A stretch of DNA of 63,839 bases, filler included, from Hyphochytrium catenoides (taxonomy: Eukaryota; Protista; Hyphochytriomycota), in the NCBI GenBank assembly GCA_900088475.1. It is 8 parts of 8 records of this genome, joined end to end, with 100 filler letters (N's around TTAATTAATTAA, not from the genome) between each part and the next. Parts side by side here need not be neighbours in the genome. Positions count along the whole stretch, not along the records: positions 1 to 27,089 come from FLMG01000835.1; 7 more parts are not named here. One strand, 5' to 3'. Below are positions 1 through 12,396 of the stretch, piece after piece. Below the pieces are notes generated by a model, which did no database searches, had not been told where the DNA came from, and saw only the letters and a list, made by a program, of their open reading frames with translations. A program made the translations under genes and the position numbers. Every line of letters starts with the position of its first letter. Position 1 is the stretch's first letter.

Positions 1-1451
1 GAGGTATAAGCCGGGCCAGCAGAAGCAGCGAAGAAGAACACTTAGTTAACCTGACGCTTACTTGCTTCTCGTCTTCCGTAGAACGAACGTGGGTGGCTCT
101 AACTTTTTGGCTCTCACGATTGTTGCTCTGCTCTTGAACTAAAAGAAGAAACATGGTAGCTTCATCATCGCTCGTCTATCTTTTTTCTTGCTTCTATCAT
201 CTCTCGACCTGCTGCTGCTGACAGGAACGACTAAATAAACACCTCCTACGAGCTCAAAAAGGAGCTTCCACTCCTCCCCCCGGAGTTGTTGTGGGAGGGT
301 GGATGGGGGTTCTCACTCGCTGAGCTATCCCCCACCTGTTCGGTTTACCTTGTGATGATGGGTGGGACGCCTCTCCCTCAGTGATAGCAGCGATCCATCA
401 CTGTCCTTGTGAACCCGGTGGGCCGGCGGCGGTTGTGGGAAACAAATAAAGAAGCTTGTGTACTCCTCCTCCTCCTCCCTCTCCCTCTCCTCCTCCCTCT
501 CAAATGATAAGTTGAACCAGCTGCTTGCTCTTCCTCCTCTCTCTCTCTCTTCTTACTGCTGCTTCCTCCTCCTCTCCAAAGCTGCCTTCCTCTTTTTCTG
601 GGGTGGTGGTGCTTTATTTTGCTGTTGTTGCGCTGCCTTCTTTCGAGAAAGAAAGGAGATCCTCCTCCCTGCTGTCCTCCTCCTAATAAAGGAGATCCCT
701 CCTCCCTGTCCTGTGGCGGCAGATTGTGGTGGTGATGCACAGACTCTGCACTTCTGCGGCAACTGTTTGTCTTCCTTCAGGAGTTAGTACCATCAGGAGG
801 AAGGGCCGGGCGGGCCGTCCCTCCTGCTAGTGTCCCAGTGTTTCGTCCCGCTCCTTCTTCTTCTTAATGGCTCCGTTGTTCAGCCAACAACAACCCTTCT
901 CCTCCTCCTCCTTGTCCCTCCATCTCCTCCCCGGCCTCCTGTAGGGAGCTTACCATCCGCAGTAGAAGTCTTGAAGAGAGACAGCACACCCGTCCTCTCT
1001 CAAGGTTAGCAGCACTGTGTGCACTGCTGTCGGAATAACACATTATCATCATCTCACCTCCTGGCGCTACAATAGATTGCCCTTAAAGAAGCAAGGAACA
1101 TGAGCGCGTCGGTGCGTTTCTTCCTCATGATAATAAAGAGAAGTCAGTCCGTAGGGAGATAAATTGGGAGAGACAAACAACTCTGCGTCCCGGTCCACTA
1201 CCACCGCTGATTTAGCATTTATAAAGCTCTTCTCTCCCCTATCGGTCAGTGGTGTTCCCTAGGACTGCTCGACCCTGCTATCATCTATTCTTCTTGGCAG
1301 CCTTCTGTAAATGAACCTTCCAGCCTGGAAAGAAGAGTAGCCTGCAGGAGCTCCTGAAGTAGACATTCTGTCACAGGCTAGCGCCGTCCGATCCATCCCT
1401 ACCGCTGTCTGTTTCCCTTCCGTGATGATAGTGCCGCTATCAGCGTAAGTA

Positions 1452-3746
1452 ATGATGCTTAGGCGACTGCTACAAAGACCTGACCAAGGGGCGGACACTG
1501 GCACCCGCAAGCTGACAAGATCACCATCAGCGCAGAGTCAGACGAGGAGACGAGGAGTTTTTCCCATTAATCGCTTGATCCTCGTGAACGCCGGAAGCCT
1601 TTTCCTCTTCTTCGGAGTGGCTTGTGGGAGTGCAGACAGCAATGACCTCATATCTCCGCCTTTCTCTTCCTCCTCCTCTTCCTCCCACACCCTGTTAACT
1701 ACTACGGAGGAGCTCCTTCCTCTTGGCACAAGCTCCAATCTGACGTACTTTGTCTTTCCAAAGATGGTGACGGCAGGAATCGCGGCCCAACTCTTCACCA
1801 TCACGGAATGGGTCCTCACCATGCTGGGAGGCTTCCTCTTTGTCCAGCTGATGAGAGCCTTTATGGTAGCAGAGATCCTCCGCTTGCCAGTCACTTTGCG
1901 GCAGACTGTCATTTTAACCACACTATTGACTGAAGGCAGAGTGGGTGGCATTGGCAGCTTTGCACTCATCTCCTATCACTATCTCAGTGGCTGGGGTCGG
2001 CAAGGAAGATTCAAATCATATTCCAAAGCAAGAGCTTCAGTTCCTCTTCTCTTGTCGCTGCTTTTAGTTGGTGGGATTGTCCTTGTCAATATCTCCCAAG
2101 CTTCTTTGAAGACTGTTTTCCTGGAGGTTGAAACAAGAGCGGAGGTGCAACTCCCGACATCGGGCTGGCTGTTAAATGGATCCCTTGCAGAGAGCCACGA
2201 CAGAGATAAAAAGACGACACTGACTCTATTCACGGAGGAGACTTCCGAAGGGAGCTACGGCCCAAGCAACGTCAGCCGATTGTGGGCGGTTCTAAGGTCC
2301 GACGGCTTCAGCAAGGAGATCGATCGCTATGTCCAGGGTGGAGTCCTGTGTGCTCGTCCGGCCGCTGGCATTCCTAGCTATGAGAAGCTAGTCAGTGAGA
2401 ACACCGTCTACTGTGAAGGGTTCACAGCGTCCTGCAGTCCACTGGAAGATGTCGTTATAGCCAACGAGGAGTATGCAGATCGTGTGGCCTTGGTCTATGC
2501 CCGGAAGCCGCGGTACATTGACGCCGCAATTTCTGATGCAGTTTGGCGGAATTCAGTTCGGAACGTCTCTTTCGGTGCTACCAAAGGTGACTTCTTCGCC
2601 TTGTATGCCACCGCAACTGACTTTCGAACCCCAGACGCTCCGCCAGATGGCTTTGCTGATGTGAAGGAGAGCATCCAGGCCATCGCCATCATTTCTGCGG
2701 CAATGCCTCTCTCCGCGCAGGCACTTCAGCGAGCGACTGGGAAAGAGCTCGTCGGAAGTCCTCATCAACAGGGTGAGCTTCATGAACCCATCAATAACGC
2801 CGAGAGGCCGGAGCTCATCTCTCTCGCGACTCGGCCGCAATATGTACTCCCAGGAGGAGGGTTCGCTTACAATCAAAGGGAAACGAGCAGAAATCCGATA
2901 TATCGGATGTGGATTGGACACTGCAGCATTTACCTCAGGCGTGGGATCATCTCTCCCAGTGACCCGGCCGATTACCTTCCGGTAGTAAGGAATTGGACTG
3001 TCAGAAACACCGAACTGATGACCCAGAATGCCGTGCTAAGGACCTTGCATGGCCTTCCTGACGACGCGGACAGCTTTGTTGCGTCCGGGAGAGACAACGG
3101 GGGTGTTTCCGCACTTAGGGCGGCGGCCTTTGCTGCGGCACCGAATGGCATAAACGGCTCCGCCCTAGCAGAGGCCCTGGTATCCCGTGGAATGGCGTCC
3201 TGGTTTTTCTCTCGGTCGCAAGGTGAACTCTCGGATACCAAGCCTCACCTAGCCAGCTGGACCGTGGCTGAGCAACGCCTAGTGGGGAATCTTCTATGGT
3301 GTGTGCTCGGCATTGCTCTCTACCTCCTTCTTCTGCTTCTGGCACTCAGTATCCTAGTCTACTCAGCTAGAGTACTTCATGGAAGAGATGAAAGGAGGCT
3401 CCAGGTGGCAAAGCAGCAGGCTGAGAACTGCACCTCAGTTTGGGGGATGACGAGAGGAAGCATCCTCCTAGCACCAAACAGGGGCCCTTGGCTTGATAAG
3501 GAGGGTCACGTGCCTCACCAAGATAAGGCAGGAGGTTCATTCTCTCTTGCTGGGTCTCCGCACCACGAAGTGGCTAGTCATTCGCCTCCTACCATAGCTA
3601 TGAGCGCACTACCCTCTGAAGAGCGAGTGCTCTCTGAGGCGGAGCAGTGGATCTGTGAGCCACTTCTCGTCACTTGCAGGGATGACAGGGAGCAATCGCA
3701 TCCGCTACTCCAACAGGTTCCAGCTCTGTTTGTTACCAGGCGATAA
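1452..3746 (+). CDS. Intronless 764-aa multi-pass membrane protein of unknown family (N-terminal TM segments, ~400-aa lumenal/extracellular domain, C-terminal TM)
   Basis: Uninterrupted ATG..TAA ORF of normal complexity. Hydrophobic segments ILVNAGSLFLFFGVAC, WVLTMLGGFLFVQLM, VPLLLSLLLVGGIVLV and LLWCVLGIALYLLLLLLALSILVY. Several N-x-S/T sequons lie between the TMs. TTTATAAA at 1218-1225 upstream. Confidence 0.8.
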   Translation: MMLRRLLQRPDQGADTGTRKLTRSPSAQSQTRRRGVFPINRLILVNAGSLFLFFGVACGSADSNDLISPPFSSSSSSSHTLLTTTEELLPLGTSSNLTYFVFPKMVTAGIAAQLFTITEWVLTMLGGFLFVQLMRAFMVAEILRLPVTLRQTVILTTLLTEGRVGGIGSFALISYHYLSGWGRQGRFKSYSKARASVPLLLSLLLVGGIVLVNISQASLKTVFLEVETRAEVQLPTSGWLLNGSLAESHDRDKKTTLTLFTEETSEGSYGPSNVSRLWAVLRSDGFSKEIDRYVQGGVLCARPAAGIPSYEKLVSENTVYCEGFTASCSPLEDVVIANEEYADRVALVYARKPRYIDAAISDAVWRNSVRNVSFGATKGDFFALYATATDFRTPDAPPDGFADVKESIQAIAIISAAMPLSAQALQRATGKELVGSPHQQGELHEPINNAERPELISLATRPQYVLPGGGFAYNQRETSRNPIYRMWIGHCSIYLRRGIISPSDPADYLPVVRNWTVRNTELMTQNAVLRTLHGLPDDADSFVASGRDNGGVSALRAAAFAAAPNGINGSALAEALVSRGMASWFFSRSQGELSDTKPHLASWTVAEQRLVGNLLWCVLGIALYLLLLLLALSILVYSARVLHGRDERRLQVAKQQAENCTSVWGMTRGSILLAPNRGPWLDKEGHVPHQDKAGGSFSLAGSPHHEVASHSPPTIAMSALPSEERVLSEAEQWICEPLLVTCRDDREQSHPLLQQVPALFVTRR

Positions 3747-6543
3747 GCACCGCCTCTTATCGCAGAGAGCATCTGAAAATGGGCCATTCTTGGTTAGTCG
3801 GCGTTATCCACGGGTCTGGTAGCTTCCTCCGGCCACTCTATCCCATTCCCCACTTCCAGCTGCTGCTGGAGGTATGCCGAAAGGGACAGAGGAGAGACTG
3901 TGGTCAATGAACAAGGTCACTGATACGATCAAACAGACACAGCCCATCTTTCTGTCAAAGCTCCGTGTTCGTCTTTCAATCTGTAGATAAAGAACTTTCC
4001 TTCTTGGTAGATAGACTTCTGCAATCCCGTGACGCATGGCAGGCAAAGCGTAACTCTTCAGGCCAACAAGAAGGTTCTTTCCTAGTGAGCCCTTACTCCC
4101 TTCCCCCTTCCTTCCCTCCCTCCAAGAGGATAAGCAAAGGGCTCAGACCAGCTGTGGGATTACCTTTTAGCAGTCTTCCACTGTCATATTTTCTTTTCCT
4201 TACTCATCCTTCAGTCCTGGATCACGTACCGACTGCTCCTCCTCCTGACAATGCCGATAATCAACAGTCTTGATCACACTCGTTCCTTCATCCACGTCCG
4301 CTGCTCTCAATAGTGACGAAGCAGCTCTTGTTATGGGCACCGTAGTAGATCTCGCACAACGACCCAGCGTGTTACTAGCTGCTGCTATATTATGTCTGTC
4401 TCAGATCCTTCTTCAAATCCATCTTTTGGAAGAATGTAGTGGGAGCCACCAGCTGCTGAAGGTAGCAGGGTGAAGCGCTTTGTACGTAGCCACAAAGACG
4501 ACGCCGAGTCTTTGGCTCCAGCGCATTGTCCTTCTTGTTGAGCTCTACCAAGTTAAAGATCAGATCATCTATTCTCCAACAGGATGAAGAGCACCGACAC
4601 CTCGCCTGTGCGCCTCTCAATGCATTTATGGTTGTTGTTGGTGCCGGTTCGATGACTCCATCCATAGGACCAGTCTGCTGGTGCCTTGGGTTGCAAGGCG
4701 GACGGATTGAGTCTGAAGGATGAAAGGGAGGCTAGAGCATAGTGCCACATGGAGAAGTGTTGATCAGGCGGCGCCTAGAATGAGTTCCGTAGTACCACGG
4801 TAGTGCAGTCTAACCGATGCGCTGGTGGAAAGGAAAAGTGGATGGTGCACACGAGGCAGACAAAAGAGGACACGAAGGTAGTGGGCTGATGCTAGAGGCC
4901 GGAAAGTGGGCGCTACGAACTAAGAATGTTCTGCGTAGACTCTGCTTCCGAGGTAAGACTCGGAAATTCTAGGTAGAAGCCAAGGGTGAGGATCCAAAGA
5001 AGCATGGTAATTCGCAAGAAGACGTTGTCATTTGGGATGCGGATCGCTGTGATGCGGCCTGGAGGAAGACGGAGCTTCCAGTCTCAATACAATCCCTTCT
5101 GACTCTCAGCTGTCTTCAGGGCCTTTGTATTTACTGGTCTTGTCTTGTGACGCGTATCTGCTGCTCTTTGACAGCTTCGGTCGCTTCATTGTCATTTACA
5201 TACAAAGGCGGAAGCAGAGAGATTTCTTTCCACCACCAGGAAGACAGGTCTTGCTGGACATATAACCCCAAGGCTAACATTTGAGCCGGACTTGTAGGCT
5301 CATCTCAGATCTGCCCCGCTACCCATTCAGCACCATCTGTTACCTCTCAGGGAGGGCGAGCTCGCCCTGCTGCCGCTGCTGGGTCGAAGACCGCTGCAGT
5401 GTCACTGCAAGGGAAAGGAATGCGAAACGCTATAATGAGTTAGCCCTCTCTTGAGGCTCTGCCTAGGAGCAGTGTACAAGACACGTCACTATGGCAGCCA
5501 GAGAAGGAGAGAGGCTTGGGGCTTAAAGTATAGCCTCTGAGATAGCTCCTCCCCAAGGTGTGGGCATCATCATGGATGGACTCTAGAGTTCCATAGACTT
5601 CTTGATGACTCGAGATCAAGGGACCTTTGGAATCAAATCTATCTGCGTATATTCCCAACAATGGCTGAGATACATGGACAGCTTTTGCCGAGGCGTCATA
5701 GTGGCCACTCCGTCCATCCTCTCTCCTTCCTATGCCGAGGACCTCAGGTGCGTCACTGTCAAGGGTGTTAACCCAAGAATAGGAATAAAAGGGGAGAGCA
5801 GAGAGGAAAGGTTGAATGGCAAACGGATGGGCAACAGGGCCCACAAACCTCTTAACTTTATTAGCGTAGAGCCTTCGTGAGGAGCAATAATAGCAGTAGT
5901 AAGAGGACCTGCAGTCGATTTTCCCGGTGTATCTTCGCAACTAGCACGCAAGGTCTGCCCCCTCAGAGCCTATGTGAGAGTGGAAATGAGGGGCGTACGA
6001 CCGCCATCAAAGGGCAAGCGCAAGCTGCTCAATCATGCTCTTTCCTGCTTCTGTCGTGGAACCTCATTAGCTGCTTTTGACGCTGGAAGCCTCATGCTTG
6101 AGTTTAATGAGCTCATCTTCATAGGTACGTTCAAGCAGTGAGCACTGTGCAAGGTGAGATGCTCGCAATGGCCAGCGCCAAAGGTCAGTTTCTCTATTGC
6201 CTCAGGCAGTGCACAAGGCTGAACCAAAAAACCGCCGAGTCCTCCTCAACTCTCCTGTCGTCCCTGAGGGCGGGCGCAGGCGCCTTCAACAGCTTGCCTC
6301 TTGCTTTCCGTCGCGAATGATGGCTGGCGTCTCACTTCATGATCCAGAGTTCTTCATAACAGCACTTCAGCAACCTCTATCATTCTGCAACATGATACGC
6401 CTCGTCCTGCGAGTCTTGCAGGGCTAAAAGATGTCCTGTTACCTCTCGGTACGTGGTGCGGGAGCCCAGAACCGTCTCATGAGAAGAGACGCGCTCTATT
6501 CTTGTATCTATATGCGCCGATATGCCCCGATATCATCTTCATG

Positions 6544-8028
6544 CTAATCCCTCCCTACCACGATGTAGAGGAAGCCGTCTGGGTGCGACAGAGCGCCGAT
6601 GAGCTCTAGCACTGGCGTCTCCATATCGAGCTTCACGCCATGAACAATGGGCACAAGAGACGGGAGGGACAAGTCCCTGTCCGCCAAAGCGTCTGCTATG
6701 ATGGAGCCAACAGTGGTCGCAGTGCCTAGATAGGGATTTGGGGACAGAGATAGTAGGGAGAAGGAGAAGAGTGAGAGCGAGTATGGCTATTATATAAACC
6801 GGAGCACTGGCGTCCCTAAGAAGACGGATGAGCCAGGTAAAGATGAAGACAGTATTCAGTCAGCAGGAGAGAGACATGAACGGATAGGTTTGGGCTTAAG
6901 CGTCAATGTCTCCTCTCTCTTTCGTCTCAATGTTACCGTCTTCTCTTTCCGGCGTGATGGGAAACTGGAGTGTTTGCTGTTCGCCTCGCACAAGAACGCG
7001 GACAGGTAAGTGCCGAGTCGGAAGCTCAGTCTCTACTCTCGAGCTCCAGTATAGTTCTAGGCTGTCTGAGAGAGGGAAAGGGAGCAGAGAGAGACTTACT
7101 GCCTGAGATGGACGGACAACCGAGCGCGAGTACACTTGACCAAGAGAGGCCACAAAAGAAAGAGAGGAAGTGCGAGGCGCCATAGGAGAGAATGAGCCCG
7201 CAGGGAGGGACTGAGGTACATTGGCGACTGCGCAACGGACCAGTAGATAGTCATCAGCACCAGTAGATAGTCATCAGCACAGCTCTCTACATAGACCGCT
7301 AGAAGATGAATGTAAGAGACAGGAGGAGCAAGAGACAAGAGGATTGGAGATATCATACTTCGTCGGACGGCCTCAAAGAGCTGCGACTGTCGCTCTTGCG
7401 GCATGAGCATGACCGGCTTGGTCGAACCATAGCGTAGGAACATAGACTGCGGCGCGAGGAAAGGCGAGGAAAAGTGATGAGGGAGTCCACGATCAGAAAA
7501 GGAAGTCGGAGGAGCTTGAGAAGTAGTGACGCCCAGGTAGGGTTGCCCTTAGGATGGGACCATAAGTATAAAGTGAGGCAGAACGGATGAAGATTAGAAA
7601 AACTCCAAGGCGCAGGAGAAGGAAGGAGATCAAGCCCGGATATACCTGCTTAAGAGAATGCATAAAAAGCTCCTCGACATCTTTCTCCGAGGGAGAGATA
7701 GTCTGAAAGAGAAGAACATCATTCTTAGCAGAGGCTGCCTCCTGCGGTGCTGTCTTAGGCTCCCTGCCCAGCCCTCTGAGCCCTAGCGAGTACTTTCATT
7801 TTCCACCTGTTCGTCTCTACTGCTCTTACAGCTAGGCCCCTGTCACCTCTCTCCTCCTGAGCCTGTCTCACCTGTTTGGGGGACGGTCTGAAGTGCACAG
7901 TTATTCTCCAAGGAAGGTCCTCCGTCGCCACGAACAGGTCAAAGAGAAGACCTAGAGGAAGATGCCTGAGGATAGCAGAGACGAATGGAGGGGTAGACGA
8001 TACGTGAGGGCGGCATTCTAAGAGGAAA

Positions 8029-8065
<37 letters not shown>

Positions 8066-8975
8066 CGACGCGCAGGACAGGAGAACGAACGAGAGTAGTG
8101 GCACGGACAAGAGGTCGATGAATCTAGACAAGAAAGCTTAGAGTTCGCAGATGGGGACATCGAATGGAAGAGAGAGACAAAGCACTAAGACAACGAAGAG
8201 GCAGTAAGGGCGAGCTGGTGAAGATAATCAATAGCGTTAAGCAAAGTGAAGCAGAAGAAAGTTCAAAGGTAGGAGAGAAAGGCAAAGACTGTTTACCCCT
8301 TCAGATAGACTGATTTATACTCGAACCACGCGCCGCGCTCTCCGACGAAGGCCGGCGCTGACTCCTTGAACTGAGCCAAAGCCGCCTTCGCTACCACCGG
8401 CAGATAGCTCAGCCGTGGCGCTAGCACCTGGACAAGGCATAAGACAGATAGAGAGACACCGTTGAGCGAACGAGACAGAAGAGAGAGAGCGAGGATCGAG
8501 AAAGGAGAGTGAGCAACGAGGAGAAGAGAGAGGGATAAGAAAGAAGGCACGTAAGAAAAGGAATACCGAGTGGAAGAGTTTGAGGGCGAAGGAAGAAACT
8601 GGAGCTGTCAGAGCGTAGCCTTGGTATAACATGTACAGATTTAGTGTTAGTGAGACGCACTGAAAGACAGAAGGGGATGGGAAGACGGCAGGAGGAGCCA
8701 AGCATACGAGCAAGGCAACAGCACTGTGTGTCCTAACAAACGAGGAGGGTACGGAACAATGGCAGAGGAGGGATGGCGAAGAAGAAATATAACATAGGGC
8801 CGGGATGAGCGCATACAGAGAACGGAGAGGAGACGAGGGCAAGCCGTACATAGAATGGCCGCGGGGGATGTAACGTCGTGACCTCCGCGGAGTCAAGTGT
8901 AAACTGGATGGGGAGCTTGCCCTTCCAGACTCGCTCTCGCAGCGCGGCGTCCTGCTCGTCCTCACCTAGCATCAT
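6544..8975 (-). CDS. ATG5: Autophagy protein 5, multi-exon
   Basis: GT-AG exons give LRERVWKGKLPIQFTL..PPRPFY / VLAPRLSYLP..WFEY / HLPLGLLFDL..LPWRITVHF / LFMHSLKQ / SMFLRYGSTK / ..VHGVKLDMETPVLEL..LSHPDGFLYIVV-stop (TAG at 6544-6546). These are diagnostic ATG5 motifs. One internal exon near 7100-7230 is unresolved. Confidence 0.95.
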
Positions 8976-9231
8976 AGCGCCAGAGGGACCATGCCGACGA
9001 AGAGATTGATTGCTTCTCTTGCCCTTGGAGCGCCTCCTCCCTCTCTCTCTTCTACACTCTTCTCTCGCTTTCGACTCGAGGCTGAGCGTAGTTCACGTTT
9101 ATATCTTGTTTGCTCTCTTCCGGGACTTCTCTCCTTGCGTCTGACCTCGTCATTGACATCCTCTTCGGGTCATGGCTGGGCCGAGAAGATGGGGATAAAG
9201 TGGATCAGTGCTCGGAGCTCTGTCAAGCTTT

Positions 9232-9239
9232 TTTATAAA
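9232..9239. promoter_or_regulatory. Palindromic TTTATAAA TATA-like element in the divergent ATG5/EMC10 promoter
   Basis: Reads TATAAA on both strands, ~260 nt from the ATG5 start and ~320 nt from the EMC10 start. Similar words occur at 1218-1225, 30994-31000 and 37895-37900. Confidence 0.4.
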
Positions 9240-9558
9240 GGATCTATCTCATGTGGTCTCTGACTCGCAATTTGCTGATATTACGGATCAGAAGGCATTG
9301 AATCTTACATCAGGACAAATAAATCGGATGTATTCCTTATCAGAATGAGGAAATATGCGAGTTGGCAGGGAAGGAGCTGCCAGAAATCTGCAGATGAAGC
9401 TTCAGACTTCCGATGAAGATTCTTTATCGCGCCTCATTCGCCTGGCACCGTGTCTCTCTTTAGTTGTCAATCTATCTATCCTCTAGCCTCCACATCTGGT
9501 CCTCTTTCCCACTGCAGGCAGGGCGACATAGTAGGTCAATAGAAGCCTCCTGGTAGTA

Positions 9559-12146
9559 ATGATGACGCGAGACCTATGGCTGCGTGCCCTGTGCTCGTCA
9601 GTCTTTCTCTTAGCAGCAACGATTACTCGGGGAACCAGGTGAGAGAAGAGATACACCGCCCATCATTTGCCTTCCTCATTCCTTTCCCCTTTGACTTGCA
9701 TCTCTGTTTATGCTTACGACCTATGGCTTGAAGCGCCTCCCTCAATCCGTTGAGGCTCACCGTTGAGCACTCCCTGGATGAGATCTCCCAGGTATCCCAC
9801 TGCTTACGTTGGGCCACAGGCCTCCTTGTTTCTTTCTCTCTCAGTCTCTCTCTCTCTCTGACTGTCTCTCTGTCTGTCTCTCTCTCTCTCTCTCCCTCTC
9901 TTCTTGTCTACTCTCTCCCATCTGCATCTTCCTCCTCTCTCTCTCTTTCGGTTTGATTTTTCGAGCCTTCTCTCTCTCTCCCCTCTCTGTCACTCTCGAA
10001 CTGAAGCGAAGCTTTGTAGATGCCTTCCTCTCTGGCTCTCAATTCCATTTCTCTCTGCGAAGACACCTTAACCTGCCGTTCACCTTTCTCTCTTTTGTCT
10101 CTCCTTTACCCTGTCAGGACTTCCAACCTCGCGGAGAGGTCCTACTCGATACGCAGAGCAGAAATGGCGGAGGGTTCGACTCCATCGCCGTTGGAGGGCC
10201 TGTAACTCTGCATGGGGAAGACTTAAAGCACTTCAAGGTGCGCTGAGAAAGAGGAAGAGAGAGATAGGGAGATACGAGGAAAGATGGAAGAGAGAGAAAG
10301 AGAGAGGGAGAGAAAGTGAGAAGCAACAAGGTATGGAGAAGGTACAGGCGGGCATGTTACGCCAGTAATGGGTACGAAAACTAGGGAAAAGAGAGACAGA
10401 GTGACATCGGACAGAGAAAGAGATGGATAACAGAGTGTGTTATCGAGGGTCTCGCGGCCTTGCGACGCGAGTCCCGATCTGTCTCCTTCTGTCTCTATTT
10501 GATGTTTTATCCTTTCCATTATTTCTTCCCGCTCCGGCTGGGACCTCCGACTGTAACTGAAGTGCCTTCTTCTCTCTCTCGCTCCTTCTCCTGCCTGCCA
10601 AACAACAGGAGCTTGCCTCTCGGAACGGTCTCTATCGAGTTCGCTTTCGGTCCAGTCCTTCTGCGCCCTACGTTCTCTCTTCCATCAGAGCAGTAAGACC
10701 TAACCTCCTACCGGCCCCACTTTATCTAGCCTAACCCTAGCCCTAACCTTCTCACTCAAAGATCTCTTGACCTCTCTGTCTCCTGCTCTGACTTATGCTT
10801 CCATACCGCTTTCTAGCCCCCCTTATCTGACTCTCTCTCGCTCACTCTCTATCATCTTTCTGTCTGCCTTTCTCACTTTTCTTCTCTCCCTTCTCCCACA
10901 ATGGTCTCTGCACTTCGGTCGCATGGCCTCTCACTCTGCTCCTCCAGTCTTCTCTTTCTCTCTATCCTGTCACCTCACTTTTCTCTCTTCTGATCTAAAG
11001 ACTCGGTCGAACTTCCTGTTGGCCGCCGTTTCTAATGCTTTCTCCCTAGTGCGACCTAGTGGCGGGCCGTCTAAAAGAGGACTTCTCCTTTCACGTGGGA
11101 GACGAGGGGAACCTTATGGCCGTGGAATATAGGAGCGGCGCTGGACACGTGTCGTTAGAGCAGTGCAGAGAGATGCTGAAGGTGATGAAGAGAGAGAGTG
11201 TGCAAAATGAGAGGGGAAGAGAGAGCTCTCGGGAAAGAAGAAATGTGCCAAAGGAGAGAGATGGGAAGTCGTGGAAGTGCTACACGCGAGGAACTGTGGC
11301 TTCAGCAGGATCTTGGACTGACGGCACCCATGCGCAGAGAGCGAGTTGTACAGGCCGCCCATGTGGTGGGGCATCAGCAAAAGAAGGAGAATTGACCGTG
11401 CCTGCTGTTTAAGGGAAGAAAGCATTAGGTGCTGGGAGAGAGAGAGAGACTCTTCAACTCGTTGAGTGTCCGGCGTAGAGTTCTCTTAATGGTGGTTTTT
11501 GATGTCTCTTCCTGTTTCTCGCTTGTTCTGATTTCTTTGCATTTGTGCGCTAAAAAAGGCTATCAAGGACTGGACCTTCAGCACAAACGGAGCCGTCGTG
11601 ACGGCTAGCGAGGGCTTTAAGTAAGTGGCAAAGTCTGCGTTGAGGCTCTCTCCCTTTCTCTCTCCCTCTCTGTGTTCTCCTAAACTCATTATCACCGCTT
11701 TGCCATCTCTCACTTCCTGCAGAGTCCCAGAGCTTGGAAGCGTGAAGCAGAAGCCTCCGTCAGGGATAAAACCAGTTAGAGCCCTCAACACGGAAGGACA
11801 GGCCGGAGAGACGGGAGAGGAGGAGCAACAGAGTTTCCTTAGGAAATACGTAAGACCTACACCTATCTCCCTCACTCATCAGTCCTCTCTCTTCGACTTC
11901 CGGTTCTTTCTTCTGGCGTTTTCTCCTCCCAATAGTTCCAATATAATACATATTCGGAGTCTGCTCTTAGTCTGTCTCTTTCCTCATAATTCTCTTTCTC
12001 TCTCTACCTCTCTCCATTCTTAGTGGTACGTTATCCTCCCCCTGGCTGTAATGCTACTCTTCGGTGGAGGACCTGAGCCAGAGGGCCAGCAGAGGGCAGG
12101 AGCTGGAGGAGCTAGCGCACCAGCAAGAGGACAGGGGCGACGCTAA
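9559..12146 (+). CDS. EMC10: ER membrane protein complex subunit 10, multi-exon
   Basis: Signal-peptide exon MMTRDLWLRALCSSVFLLAA, then LTVEHSL / DFQPRGEV / ELASRNGLYRVR..VLSSIRA / CDLVAGRLKEDFSFHVGDEGNLMAVEY / ..EEQQSFLRKY / WYVILPLAVMLLF..-TAA. The HSL, LYR.R, C.L and SFLxKYW(Y)I motifs are characteristic of EMC10. Confidence 0.9.
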
Positions 12147-12396
12147 TTTCTCTTGAGTGCGGGCTTCTCCAGCTCTTGCACGCTCGTTCTCTCTCTCTCT
12201 CTCTCTCTTCCTCCTCACAACCTTAGCTCACATTTGGCAATCCTCTTTCTTTCAGATACTTATCTGTTAAATAAAAGCAAGGACTTTCTCATAGTTCTAC
12301 ATTAGCAACTGCTGCCGGTGGAGCTTCTCTCCTTCCCACCTTCCCCCAGTTATGATGTCTGTATGGCCTCTTGAGTTCTCTCTCTTCCCTTCTTCG

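Noticed and set aside
1-1100. Low-complexity ORFs at the window start
   Set aside because: No recognisable domain or consistent splice model; may be part of a divergent minus-strand transcript but cannot be supported.
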